This document shows positions 26,304 to 34,870 of a stretch of DNA of 42,226 nt, one piece after another. A model generated the notes under the pieces. It ran no database searches, had not been told where the DNA came from, and saw only the letters and a list, made by a program, of their open reading frames with translations. Position numbers and translations under genes: made by a program. Each line of letters begins with the position of its first letter. The stretch's first letter is position 1. The DNA is from Candidatus Fermentibacteraceae bacterium (GTDB lineage Bacteria > Fermentibacterota > Fermentibacteria > Fermentibacterales > JCC-6): assembly GCA_041686025.1 (NCBI GenBank), contig JAWLEP010000012.1, positions 1 through 42,226 on the forward strand, in the 5' to 3' direction.

Positions 26304-27623
26304 CTAGGGGTCCTGCGATGAGGTGTTTCCCGGCCCCCTGTGCAGTTGAGGCCAGGGGGCCCTGCCTCCTCCCCCGCCCGGTGTGTGCCAGGCGTGGATC
26401 GTTCCGTCGGCGGTGAGCAGAAGAACCTCAGGCCCCCCGTCGCCGTCGAGGTCGGCCACTACGGGGCAGTCGGTCCGGGCGGGGCCGGTTCCCCACTGCG
26501 AGAGCTCTTCCATTGCGCGGCCCTCCAGGTCCCAGCAGAACAGTCCCCCCGCGGCGGAGCCCGATGCCGCCAGCACCTCGCAGACCCCGTCTCCGTCCAG
26601 GTCCGCAACCGAGGGAGACCCCTCCATCTGGACCGCCGGGCTGGCCGGCCATCCCGGCAGCAGCGCGCCGGTGTGGTCGAAGGCCCACACCGTGCCCCCC
26701 CCGCCGGTGCAGCAGAGAAAGATCTCCAGGTCGCCGTCGCCGTCGGCGTCGGCGCACACCGGGGCGGAGTAGCTCAGCACTGCCGGTATGGGCACCGGGA
26801 AGCCCTCCGAGGGCGCGCCGTCCTCTTCGAGGCAGTAGAGACGGACCGACTGGCCGATGTCGTAGGCGGCGAAGAGGACCTCCGGGCTGCCGTCGGCCTC
26901 CAGGTCGGCCAGCACCGGCGTACCCCAGCTGCTGCGCTGCCCCGCAAGGTAGGGGAACCCCTTCCGCCGGCGCCCGGACTCCAGGTCGTAGAGGTAGAGG
27001 AAGGCGTACTCGGTGAGCAGGGCCGCCAGGCCGTGATGCTCGGAGACGGAGGGAGCCGCCACCACGCTTCCCAGGGGCCTCCGGGTGCGCCACAGCAGAT
27101 CCCCGCCCGCGTTCCAGGCGGACATTCCCCCTTCCCATGGCGCTATAACCATCACAGCGCCCTCCGGGCCCCTAGTGATAACCGGAGCCAGCACCCCCGT
27201 GGACGGCCCGGTGGCCTGCGGCCAGCCGGGCAGTACGGTCCCGTCGGCGTCCAGGGCCCAGAGCATGCCGTTCTCACCGTCCAGGACCACCAGCTCGTCG
27301 CGGCCGTCACCATCCAGGTCGCCGGCGGCGGGCTTGGACTGTATCCTGCCCCCCACGTTCACGGGCCAGCCCTCCACCTGCTCCCCCGAGGCGCTCCACA
27401 GGTGGACCCTTCCGGTGGTGGAGGCCGCGGCCACCTCGGGGCTGCCGTCTCCGTCCAGGTCCGCCACCGCAATGCCGCAGGGGGCATACGATGCGGAGAC
27501 CTTCATGTGCACGGGCCATCCCTCCACCGGCTGCAGGGCGGCGGCCCCGCCCGCCAGGAGCAGCAGGGCCGCTAGGGCGCCTGGCGCACGGAGAGGTCCC
27601 GGAACCTGTTCACCGCAGCGCAT
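26304..27623 (-). CDS. Secreted FG-GAP/VCBS repeat beta-propeller protein
   Basis: Multiple ADLDGDG.PEV and LPGWP/GFP repeats; hydrophobic signal-like segment; start uncertain (52-nt overlap with the upstream gene). Confidence 0.85.
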   Translation of the reverse strand: MRCGEQVPGPLRAPGALAALLLLAGGAAALQPVEGWPVHMKVSASYAPCGIAVADLDGDGSPEVAAASTTGRVHLWSASGEQVEGWPVNVGGRIQSKPAAGDLDGDGRDELVVLDGENGMLWALDADGTVLPGWPQATGPSTGVLAPVITRGPEGAVMVIAPWEGGMSAWNAGGDLLWRTRRPLGSVVAAPSVSEHHGLAALLTEYAFLYLYDLESGRRRKGFPYLAGQRSSWGTPVLADLEADGSPEVLFAAYDIGQSVRLYCLEEDGAPSEGFPVPIPAVLSYSAPVCADADGDGDLEIFLCCTGGGGTVWAFDHTGALLPGWPASPAVQMEGSPSVADLDGDGVCEVLAASGSAAGGLFCWDLEGRAMEELSQWGTGPARTDCPVVADLDGDGGPEVLLLTADGTIHAWHTPGGGGGRAPWPQLHRGPGNTSSQDP

Positions 27624-29290
27624 ATCTCCTGCTTCCTGGGAAGGGCCAGCTCTCCCGGATGGCCGTCGAAGGGCGACACGGCGTCCAGGCCCGAGCCGGC
27701 GATGTCGTCCATCACCCTGTCCACCGCCTCGGAAAGGGTGGTGCTCCCGTCTAGATACCTCTTGTACATGTACACCATTATCCTGGCAATGGCCCTGGTC
27801 TGGGAGGGGCTCACCAGCTGCTCCACCAGCGAGAGGTCGATGGGCGTCCTCCGGTAGAGGATCAGCGAGAGGCCCTTGGGGCGGACCTTGTCGCGCCTGC
27901 CGCGGAGGCGAAAGCTGCCGGGCTTCGGGGCCCGGTGGGCTGCCGGAGACAGGCTGCTCCTGCTCTCGAAGCGGCGGCGGCTCTCGAACTGCGCCGCCAC
28001 CTCCCTGGCCTGCTCCGTTGCCTCCAGCAGCCGGTACTCGCGCATCATCAGCACGTGGTCGGCGACGTCAATGTAGTCGCCGGAGCCGCCCAGCACCAGC
28101 ACAGTGGACACCCCGAGGGCGTCGTGGATCTCCCGGACCCTGTCTATGAAGGGGGTTATTGGCTCGTGCTCCTCCGCCACCAGGGTCTGCATCCTGGCGT
28201 CCCGGATCATGAAGTTGGTGGCGCTGGTGTCCTCGTCCAGCAGCAGCAGCCGGGACCCGCTCTCCAGGGCCTCCACGATGTTCGTGGCCTGGGAGGTGCT
28301 CCCGCTGGCGTTGTCGGTGGTGAACCGGGAGGTGTCCTGGCCCCCGGGAAGGTCTCCGATGAAGTGGTGGATGTCGGCCTCCCGGACGCTGCGGCCGTCC
28401 TCGGCCCTCACCTTGCAGGCGTCCCCCAGGGAGACCACCGCCTCCCGGCCGTCCCCGGGCACATGGTCGTAGACCCCCCGCTCTATCGCCCGCAGAAGGG
28501 TGGACTTCCCGTGGTAGCCTCCGCCCACGATCAGCGTCACCCCCTCCGGCAGGCCCATGCCGGTGACGCTGCCGGCGTTGGGGACCTCCACGGTGGTGCG
28601 CAGCTCCGGCGGAGACCGGAAGGCAACCGCCTCTTCCGGGGCCATGGGCAGGTCGCTGACGCCGCTGCGCCGGGGCAGGACCGACCCGTCGGCCACGAAG
28701 GCCACAAGGCCCAGCTCCGGAAGCCGGCTGCGCAGGTGGGCCTGGTCCTCCACCGCCTCCACGTGCCGGGCCGCCTCCCGGGAGTCGAGGCTTTCGTACA
28801 TCAGCGAGTGCTCCACCACCTGGGGTATCTCGTCGGCCAGTATGCGGAAGGCCTTTCTGCCCATAACCTTCCTGCCCCCCGCCGGCAGCCCCACCGCGAA
28901 CCGGGCCTCCACCCAGTCGCCGCAGACCACCATGGAGGTCCGCTCCAGCACCTCCTGGCCGGGGGCGTCGATGGCCACCATGCCGCTCTTTCCGGTGCCC
29001 CGCTGCCTGCCCGCGTACCTGCCGGCGGCCTCGGCGAAGCGCCGGGTGAGAAAGTCCTCCAGGGCCCTCCTGCGGTGGGAGTTCCCGAAGAGTTCCTCCG
29101 GCATTCCGGCGGTCCGCTGCGGCAGCCGCACGCGCATCCTGCTGGGGGGCGCGAAGGGGTCGGACTGCACATGGTCGACGAACAGCGTGAAGGGCCCCAC
29201 GCTGTACCGCCCCTCGATGTCCCGGTAGGCCTTGTAGCCCCTTCCGTCTATCTTCTCCAGCCTGCGCCTGAGGTCCCTCTCGTCCTGCAT
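27572..29290 (-). CDS. ABC-ATPase domain-containing protein (predicted ATPase of unknown function)
   Basis: DGRGYKAY, DHVQSDPFAPPS, LPRRSG, GVTLIVGGGYHGKSTLL Walker A, RAEDGR, NASGSTSQA, LLLDEDTSATNFMIRD, EPITPF. Confidence 0.93.
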   Translation of the reverse strand: MQDERDLRRRLEKIDGRGYKAYRDIEGRYSVGPFTLFVDHVQSDPFAPPSRMRVRLPQRTAGMPEELFGNSHRRRALEDFLTRRFAEAAGRYAGRQRGTGKSGMVAIDAPGQEVLERTSMVVCGDWVEARFAVGLPAGGRKVMGRKAFRILADEIPQVVEHSLMYESLDSREAARHVEAVEDQAHLRSRLPELGLVAFVADGSVLPRRSGVSDLPMAPEEAVAFRSPPELRTTVEVPNAGSVTGMGLPEGVTLIVGGGYHGKSTLLRAIERGVYDHVPGDGREAVVSLGDACKVRAEDGRSVREADIHHFIGDLPGGQDTSRFTTDNASGSTSQATNIVEALESGSRLLLLDEDTSATNFMIRDARMQTLVAEEHEPITPFIDRVREIHDALGVSTVLVLGGSGDYIDVADHVLMMREYRLLEATEQAREVAAQFESRRRFESRSSLSPAAHRAPKPGSFRLRGRRDKVRPKGLSLILYRRTPIDLSLVEQLVSPSQTRAIARIMVYMYKRYLDGSTTLSEAVDRVMDDIAGSGLDAVSPFDGHPGELALPRKQEICAAVNRFRDLSVRQAP

Positions 29291-29686
29291 CTACCGATCA
29301 TCCAATCCTTTTTTGTCTGCGTTGCCTGCACCGACCGTGTCGGGGCCGCCGTAGCCCGTCTTCTCCCTGCTGCTCCAGCATATGGCCACCGCCGTGGACT
29401 CCCAGCGGTTGGTCAGCGTGTGGGCCTGTCCGGGGCCCAGATCGAGTATGCGGAGCCTGGAGGTGTCCAGGACATGGGTGCCTTCGTCCGTCCGCACCTC
29501 CAGCCTGCCAGACAGCACCAGTATCTCCTCGTTCCTCCCCGGGTGGGCGTGGCCCCCCCTGGTGCATCCGGGCTCCACCGAGAATGCGTGGCAGTGGCTC
29601 ACCTCCCCGGTGCTGTCCAGGTGGTCGAAGGGGTTCACCACCCATCCCCTCCGGTCGCGGTGCTCCTCGAGGTCCATTCGTCGCAT
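29291..29686 (-). CDS. Small cupin (WxcM/sugar epimerase-like) protein
   Basis: HRDRRGW, PGCTRGGHAH...EEILVLSG, PGQAHTLTN, WSS, PDT. Confidence 0.85.
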   Translation of the reverse strand: MRRMDLEEHRDRRGWVVNPFDHLDSTGEVSHCHAFSVEPGCTRGGHAHPGRNEEILVLSGRLEVRTDEGTHVLDTSRLRILDLGPGQAHTLTNRWESTAVAICWSSREKTGYGGPDTVGAGNADKKGLDDR

Positions 29687-29853
29687 TCCCTTCGGTTCTT
29701 CGTTGCCAGGGGCCGAACATGTGCACCAAGGGCCGATACCCCAACACCCGGCGGGCCGGGCGGGACTGTGACCAGATGCGATGTCCCCCCATAATTCCTC
29801 ATGCCAGGGAGAGATATGTGTATATAATAAACAGTCCTGGTCTCCTGTTGCCC

Positions 29854-31656
29854 TTAGGATCCCTCCAGGCCGCCCAGGTAGCGCTTCACCGCCAGGGCCC
29901 TCTTCCTGCCCACCCCCGGGACCTCCATTATCTCCGATACCGGCGCCGCCGCCAGCCTTCGAAGGCTGCCGAACCGCTGCAGGAGCAGGGCCCGCAGGGA
30001 GGGGCCTATCCCGGGTATGTCGTCCAGCTGCGACTGCAGCGCGCCCCGGGAGCGGGACTGCCGGTGGTAGTGGATGACGAACCTGTGGGCCTCGTCCCGC
30101 ATGGTCCGCAGCAGCGACATGGGCGGTGATTCCGGGCTGTCCCGCAGCAGCCTCTCCTCCCTCCCCACCAGAAGGGTCTCCTCCCTCTTGGCTATGGAGA
30201 CGAAGAGGATTCTCCCGGCCCATTCCCCCGCGGCGTCCAGCGCGGCCCTGTGCTGGGTGATGCCCCCGTCGATGAGGAAGAGGTCGGGCCACTCGTCCTC
30301 CAGGTGCGAAAGGAACCTGGATACGGCGGAGGCTATCATGGCGGGGTCGTTGCGGCCCACCTCGGAGGGCATGGAGAAGCGACGGTAGCCGGACTTGTCC
30401 GGGACCCCGCCCCGGAAGCTCACCAGGGCGGCCACCGGGTAGGCCCCCGCAACGGTGGAGGCGTCCAGGCCCACCATCCACTGCGGCGGCCGGTCCAGCC
30501 CCAGCATGTCCGCCAGGGCCTCCATGGCGACGGAGATCCGCTGGCGGCGGCTCTCGGGGTGCTTCCACTCCAGGCGGCGCAGAAAGTCGGTCAGGTCCCG
30601 GCGGGCCAGCCGCAGAAGCTCCGCCCCCGGCCCCCGGGAGGGGGACTCCATGCGCACCCTGGCCCCCCGCCTCTCCGACAGCCAGGCGCCGATGACGTCC
30701 AGGTCGCCGGCCTCGGCGGGGACCAGTACCCTGCCGGGCACATCCTCGGTCTCCATGTAGTAGGTCCTCAGGAGGACCTCCAGCCTCTCCTCCGGGGAGG
30801 CTGCTCCGGAACCGGAGGTGAAGGGCAGGCGTATCACTCCCACTATGCGGCCGGCCCGCAGCTGCATCACCAGTCCCCAGTTCTCCTCCAGGGCGAAGAT
30901 GTCCCTCGACCGCCTGTCGGCCACCGACTCCGGGGCCGGCCATCCGAACTCCGCCAGCCGGCGGCGAAGGTCCCGCCAGCGGGCGGCGTCCTCGAACCGC
31001 ATGTTCTCCGCCGCCCGGCGCATCTTCTCCTTCAGCCTGGCCGAGGCCCACTCCCAGTCGCCCTCCAGGACCCGGCGTATGGCTGCCACGTTCGGGGCGT
31101 ACTCCTCCCCCTCCGGTTCGACGCAGGGGGCCGGGCACCTTCCGATCTGCCCCATCAGGCAGGGCCTCTCCCTGGGGGTCACCTCGCTGCCGCCGCACCG
31201 GCGGAGGGGGAAGGCGTCCAGCAGCAGCTCCACCAGGCGGCGCAGGCTCTTCACGTCCGGGTAGGGGCCGAAGCGGGGTATGTCCCGGCTGCGGTCGGGG
31301 CTTCGGTTGATCACCAGGCGCGGGAAGTCCTCGTCGGTGGTGACCTCCAGGTAGGGGTAGCGGCGGTCGCTGCGCAGCATGACGTTGAGGGGGGGCTTGT
31401 GCAGGCGCACCAGCTCGGCCTCCAGCACCAGCGCTTCCACCTCGCTGCGGGTGACCGTCCAGTCCACGGTGACGGCTCTGCGCAGCAGGCTGCGGTGGCG
31501 CCGGTCACCGGGGCTGGACAGGTGGCCCCTGAGCCTCCTGCTGAGCACCAGGGCCTTGCCTATGTAGAGTATCCTTCCCCTGCCGTCGAGGAAGCGGTAG
31601 ACCCCGGGAAGGTCCGGGGCCCTGCTCACCGCCTCTTTCAGGCTGCTATCGGCCAC
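29854..31656 (-). CDS. uvrC: Excinuclease ABC subunit C
   Basis: PGVYRF...LYIGKA GIY-YIG domain, EALVLEAEL, Cys cluster, FEDAARWRD, PDLFLIDGG, RDEAHRF, IPGIG HhH. Confidence 0.96.
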   Translation of the reverse strand: MADSSLKEAVSRAPDLPGVYRFLDGRGRILYIGKALVLSRRLRGHLSSPGDRRHRSLLRRAVTVDWTVTRSEVEALVLEAELVRLHKPPLNVMLRSDRRYPYLEVTTDEDFPRLVINRSPDRSRDIPRFGPYPDVKSLRRLVELLLDAFPLRRCGGSEVTPRERPCLMGQIGRCPAPCVEPEGEEYAPNVAAIRRVLEGDWEWASARLKEKMRRAAENMRFEDAARWRDLRRRLAEFGWPAPESVADRRSRDIFALEENWGLVMQLRAGRIVGVIRLPFTSGSGAASPEERLEVLLRTYYMETEDVPGRVLVPAEAGDLDVIGAWLSERRGARVRMESPSRGPGAELLRLARRDLTDFLRRLEWKHPESRRQRISVAMEALADMLGLDRPPQWMVGLDASTVAGAYPVAALVSFRGGVPDKSGYRRFSMPSEVGRNDPAMIASAVSRFLSHLEDEWPDLFLIDGGITQHRAALDAAGEWAGRILFVSIAKREETLLVGREERLLRDSPESPPMSLLRTMRDEAHRFVIHYHRQSRSRGALQSQLDDIPGIGPSLRALLLQRFGSLRRLAAAPVSEIMEVPGVGRKRALAVKRYLGGLEGS

Positions 31657-33316
31657 GGCGCAGGACCATGGACACCAGGACCCTGGCCCGCCTGCCCCCC
31701 AGGGCGATGGATACAGCCGAGAAGGCGACTATGGAAGCGGCTGCCGTAGCCACCACCGCGCCGGCGCCGGCCCACACCGAGGCCTCCAGGGCCCCGTCCA
31801 CCCACAGCGACAGCCGCCAGACCAGCACGGCGGTTGCCCCGAAGGCGGCGGCCACGCCGGCCCATGCCCTGCCCGAGCCCTTCGGGCCCCTCCCCAGCCT
31901 CCGGGAGATGCGGCTGCGCAGGGCCAGGAAGTTCACCAGGGCCGAGACGCTGCTGGCCAGGGCCAGCCCCGCCAGCGGCCGGGCCAGGCCGGTGCGCAGG
32001 AAGAGCTGGGTGAAGGCGATGTTCAGGATGATGTTCAGCCCCATGCAGAAGACCGAGATCTTCACCGGGGTCCTGGTGTTCTTCAGGGCGTAGAAGACGG
32101 GAACGGTGACCCGGACCCCTCCGTAGGCGACCAGGGCCGGGGCGTAGAAGAGCAGGGCGGTGGAGGTCAGGGCCACCGACCGGACGGAGAACGCGCCCCT
32201 GGCCAGGACCACGCTGACTATTGGCTCGGCCAGGAAGATCAGGCAGAGGGTGGTGGGAAGCAGCAGCATGGCCAGGCCCAGGGTGGCCCGGGAGAGCGTC
32301 TCCCTGGCCTCGTCCAGCTTTCCCATGGCCGTCTGCCGGCTGAGGGTGGGAAGAAGGGCGGTGGCCAGGGCCACGGCGAAGGCCCCCAGCGGCAGGTACA
32401 TGATGCGGTTGCCGTAGGAGAGGGCGGCCACGCTTCCCGGCTCCAGCAGCGAGGCGATCATCTGGTCCACCAGGATGTTCACCTCGGCGGCGATGAGCCC
32501 GATGAGGGCCGGAAGCGCCAGCCTTCCCACCCGGCGGACCTTCCCGGACCTCCAGCGAAAGGAGGGCTGAAACGAGAACCCCCGGCTGCGGGCCGCCGGC
32601 AGCATCACCAGCAGCTGGAGGAGCCCCCCGGTGGCCACGCCGATGGCGTATCCCCACACCGGCATCTGAGGGAATACGTGCCGGCCCAGCAGGAAAAGGC
32701 CCGAGATGGCGGCGAAGTTGAAGGCTATGGGGGCCAGGGCCGGAGAGAGGAAGTGCCTGTGGCTGTGGAGGATGCCTCCGTAGACCGCCGCCGTGCCCAC
32801 GAAGAGTATGTAGGGGAAGAGCAGGCGGAGCAGTCCTGCGGTGAGCCCGGCCTTTCCGGCCACAGTCCGGAAGCCGGGGGCGAAGACGCTCACTATCTGC
32901 GGCGCAAGAAGGATTCCCGTGCCCACCACCAGCAACAGCGCGCAGAACACGAAGGTCACCACCCTGCGGCCCAGGGCGATGGCGTCCTCCCGGCTCTCCC
33001 GCACCAGGGTCTCGGTGTAGGTGGGCACGAAGGCGGCGCTGACGGTGGACTCGCCGAACAGCCGCCGGATGATGTTGGGCACTATGAAGGCCAGGGTGAA
33101 GGCGTCGGCACTGAGGCCGGTGCCCAGAACCGCCGCCTGACCCATGTCGCGCACCAGGCCCAGCAGCCGGCTGAGGACGGTGAGCCCGCCCAGCATGCCG
33201 GTGGCCCTGGCCACCCTGCGCCCCTCCTGGGCCGGGGTGCCCAGCATGGCCGCGGGGGCCGTTCCCTCGGCGGGCGGGGCCGCCTCTGTCCTTCCCTCCT
33301 CCATGCCGTCGCTCAT
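31646..33316 (-). CDS. murJ: Lipid II flippase MurJ
   Basis: SRLLGLVRD, ADAF..AF.VPN..RRLFGE, AFVP, YGNRIMYLPLG, FYALKNTRTPV; start uncertain (33304/33316/33337). Confidence 0.95.
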   Translation of the reverse strand: MSDGMEEGRTEAAPPAEGTAPAAMLGTPAQEGRRVARATGMLGGLTVLSRLLGLVRDMGQAAVLGTGLSADAFTLAFIVPNIIRRLFGESTVSAAFVPTYTETLVRESREDAIALGRRVVTFVFCALLLVVGTGILLAPQIVSVFAPGFRTVAGKAGLTAGLLRLLFPYILFVGTAAVYGGILHSHRHFLSPALAPIAFNFAAISGLFLLGRHVFPQMPVWGYAIGVATGGLLQLLVMLPAARSRGFSFQPSFRWRSGKVRRVGRLALPALIGLIAAEVNILVDQMIASLLEPGSVAALSYGNRIMYLPLGAFAVALATALLPTLSRQTAMGKLDEARETLSRATLGLAMLLLPTTLCLIFLAEPIVSVVLARGAFSVRSVALTSTALLFYAPALVAYGGVRVTVPVFYALKNTRTPVKISVFCMGLNIILNIAFTQLFLRTGLARPLAGLALASSVSALVNFLALRSRISRRLGRGPKGSGRAWAGVAAAFGATAVLVWRLSLWVDGALEASVWAGAGAVVATAAASIVAFSAVSIALGGRRARVLVSMVLRRGR

Positions 33317-33367
33317 AGCCACCAATATGCTCCCCATGGGCGGTGGTCTACAAGAGACGGCGGCGGG

Positions 33368-34870
33368 TCAGGGCAGCAGCGGCGCCAGCTCCTCCCGCAG
33401 CGCCGGGTTCAGCCGCACCGCCGTGGCGGCGGCGGCCGACGCCTCCTCCCGGCGCCCCATGCCCGCCAGGCAGACGGCGGCGTTCTTCCATAGGGTGGGA
33501 GACCGCGGCGCCTGCCGCAGGCCCTCCCTGAAGCTGGAGAGTCCGGCCTCCCCGTCGCCGGCCATGGACAGCGCTATCCCCGCCAGGTTGTGAAGGTCCG
33601 CCCCCCGATAGCCCCTCTCCCGGGCCCGGGCAAGCGACTCCAGGGCCAGGCGCGGACGGCGCCGGCCGATACGGTGCTCGGCCTGCTGTATCTGCGTCAG
33701 CCCCTTCCGCACCGGGCCGGGCACCAGCAGGGAAACGGCCAGAACCCCCGCAGCCACGCAGCCCCAGCCTGCCAGCTCACGCCTGCGGGGAGGCGAAGCG
33801 GCCGCCGCCATCCACAGGGCGGGCATGGCCGCCAGCCTGTACCTGGCCGCCGGCAGGAAGAGAAAGGCGGAGAGGACGGCGGCCCCGGCCAGGGCCCTCT
33901 GCGTCCTCAGCTCCTCCCCCGCCCCGGCGCCGCCGCGGAGGACCCTCCACAGACCCAGAGAGACAAGCAGCAGCATGGGAACCAGCAGTGGCGCCAGACG
34001 CAGCCTCCGAACCAGGTAGGCCAGCTCCAGGTTCCTTCCCGGCCCGGGAACCGACAGGGACGACGCCGACTTCCGAAGCCCCAGGAGCAGCCAGTTCAGG
34101 GGACGGGCCGATATGCCGTCCGCCGCCCGCTGCAGAAAGGTCTGCTGCTGCCGGCCCTCCACCGCCACCAGCTGCTCGAACTCCACTCCGGGGGGAGTGC
34201 GCAGCGTGCGGGCCTCCGATCCCAGCCAGAGGTTCTCGGGGCCGTTGACGGATATCACCGGCCCGGCGCCGGCGGCCAGGTTCAGCACCATCACCGGGAC
34301 CACGGCCGCCGCCCACGGCAGGACCAGCCGCATCCTGCCTCCCGGCCTCCGCGGGGGGAGAAGGGCCACCAGGGGAAGCGCCAGCAGCAGCTCGGCCCGG
34401 AACAGGCAGGCGGCCCCCATGAGGGCTCCGGCGGTGGCCCGCCGTCCCCGGGACAGGGCCAGAAGGGCGCCGGTAACCGCCACCGCAGCCGGCACGGCGG
34501 GCAGCAGCTGCAGTCCGAAAACCACCAGGTCCGGCTGCACGACCACCGCCAGGGGCAGCAGCAGGCTCCAGTACCCCCTCCGGGGCATGGCCAGCGCCAG
34601 GGCCAGCGCCGGCAGCAGAGACAGGGCGGACATCACCCACCTGGCCCGTGCCGGGTCCGCTCCGGCCCCCACCAGGCCCGCCAGTGCGTACATGCCGGGG
34701 GGCCGCTGGAAGGGAAGGCTGTCCAGGGCGCCGAAGCCCTCGGCGTAGACCCTCTCGTCCACATAGAGGCCCTCCGCGGGCAGAATTCCGTCCAGGCCGC
34801 CGAAGACCGGCACCCGCACCAGCACCCCCGCCGCCAGCACGGCCGTCGCCGTCCACAGCCGCGGCCTCAC
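33368..34870 (-). CDS. Polytopic membrane protein, GT-C (ArnT/PMT-like) glycosyltransferase-like, with C-terminal TPR
   Basis: DERVY after the first TM, RPPGMY, many TM segments, NLWLG, ARYRL; C-terminal TPR (HNLAGIAL...AP.SPTLWKN). GTGA overlap with the upstream stop. Confidence 0.7.
   Translation of the reverse strand: MRPRLWTATAVLAAGVLVRVPVFGGLDGILPAEGLYVDERVYAEGFGALDSLPFQRPPGMYALAGLVGAGADPARARWVMSALSLLPALALALAMPRRGYWSLLLPLAVVVQPDLVVFGLQLLPAVPAAVAVTGALLALSRGRRATAGALMGAACLFRAELLLALPLVALLPPRRPGGRMRLVLPWAAAVVPVMVLNLAAGAGPVISVNGPENLWLGSEARTLRTPPGVEFEQLVAVEGRQQQTFLQRAADGISARPLNWLLLGLRKSASSLSVPGPGRNLELAYLVRRLRLAPLLVPMLLLVSLGLWRVLRGGAGAGEELRTQRALAGAAVLSAFLFLPAARYRLAAMPALWMAAAASPPRRRELAGWGCVAAGVLAVSLLVPGPVRKGLTQIQQAEHRIGRRRPRLALESLARARERGYRGADLHNLAGIALSMAGDGEAGLSSFREGLRQAPRSPTLWKNAAVCLAGMGRREEASAAAATAVRLNPALREELAPLLP

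Noticed and set aside
26304..27500. Recurrent CCGTCGCCGTC/GTCCAGGTC sequences as a DNA repeat array or CRISPR
   Set aside because: They are codons of the DLDGDG FG-GAP protein repeats, degenerate and irregularly spaced; no cas genes.
29818..29834. LexA/SOS-box-like sequence GTGTATATAATAAACAG near uvrC
   Set aside because: Spacing is one base too long for CTGT-N8-ACAG, the left arm mismatches, and it lies downstream of uvrC, not upstream.
29291..31198. 635-aa ORF apparently fusing a long N-terminus to the cupin
   Set aside because: The upstream part is an alternative frame of uvrC; the cupin has its own SD and ATG at 29686.
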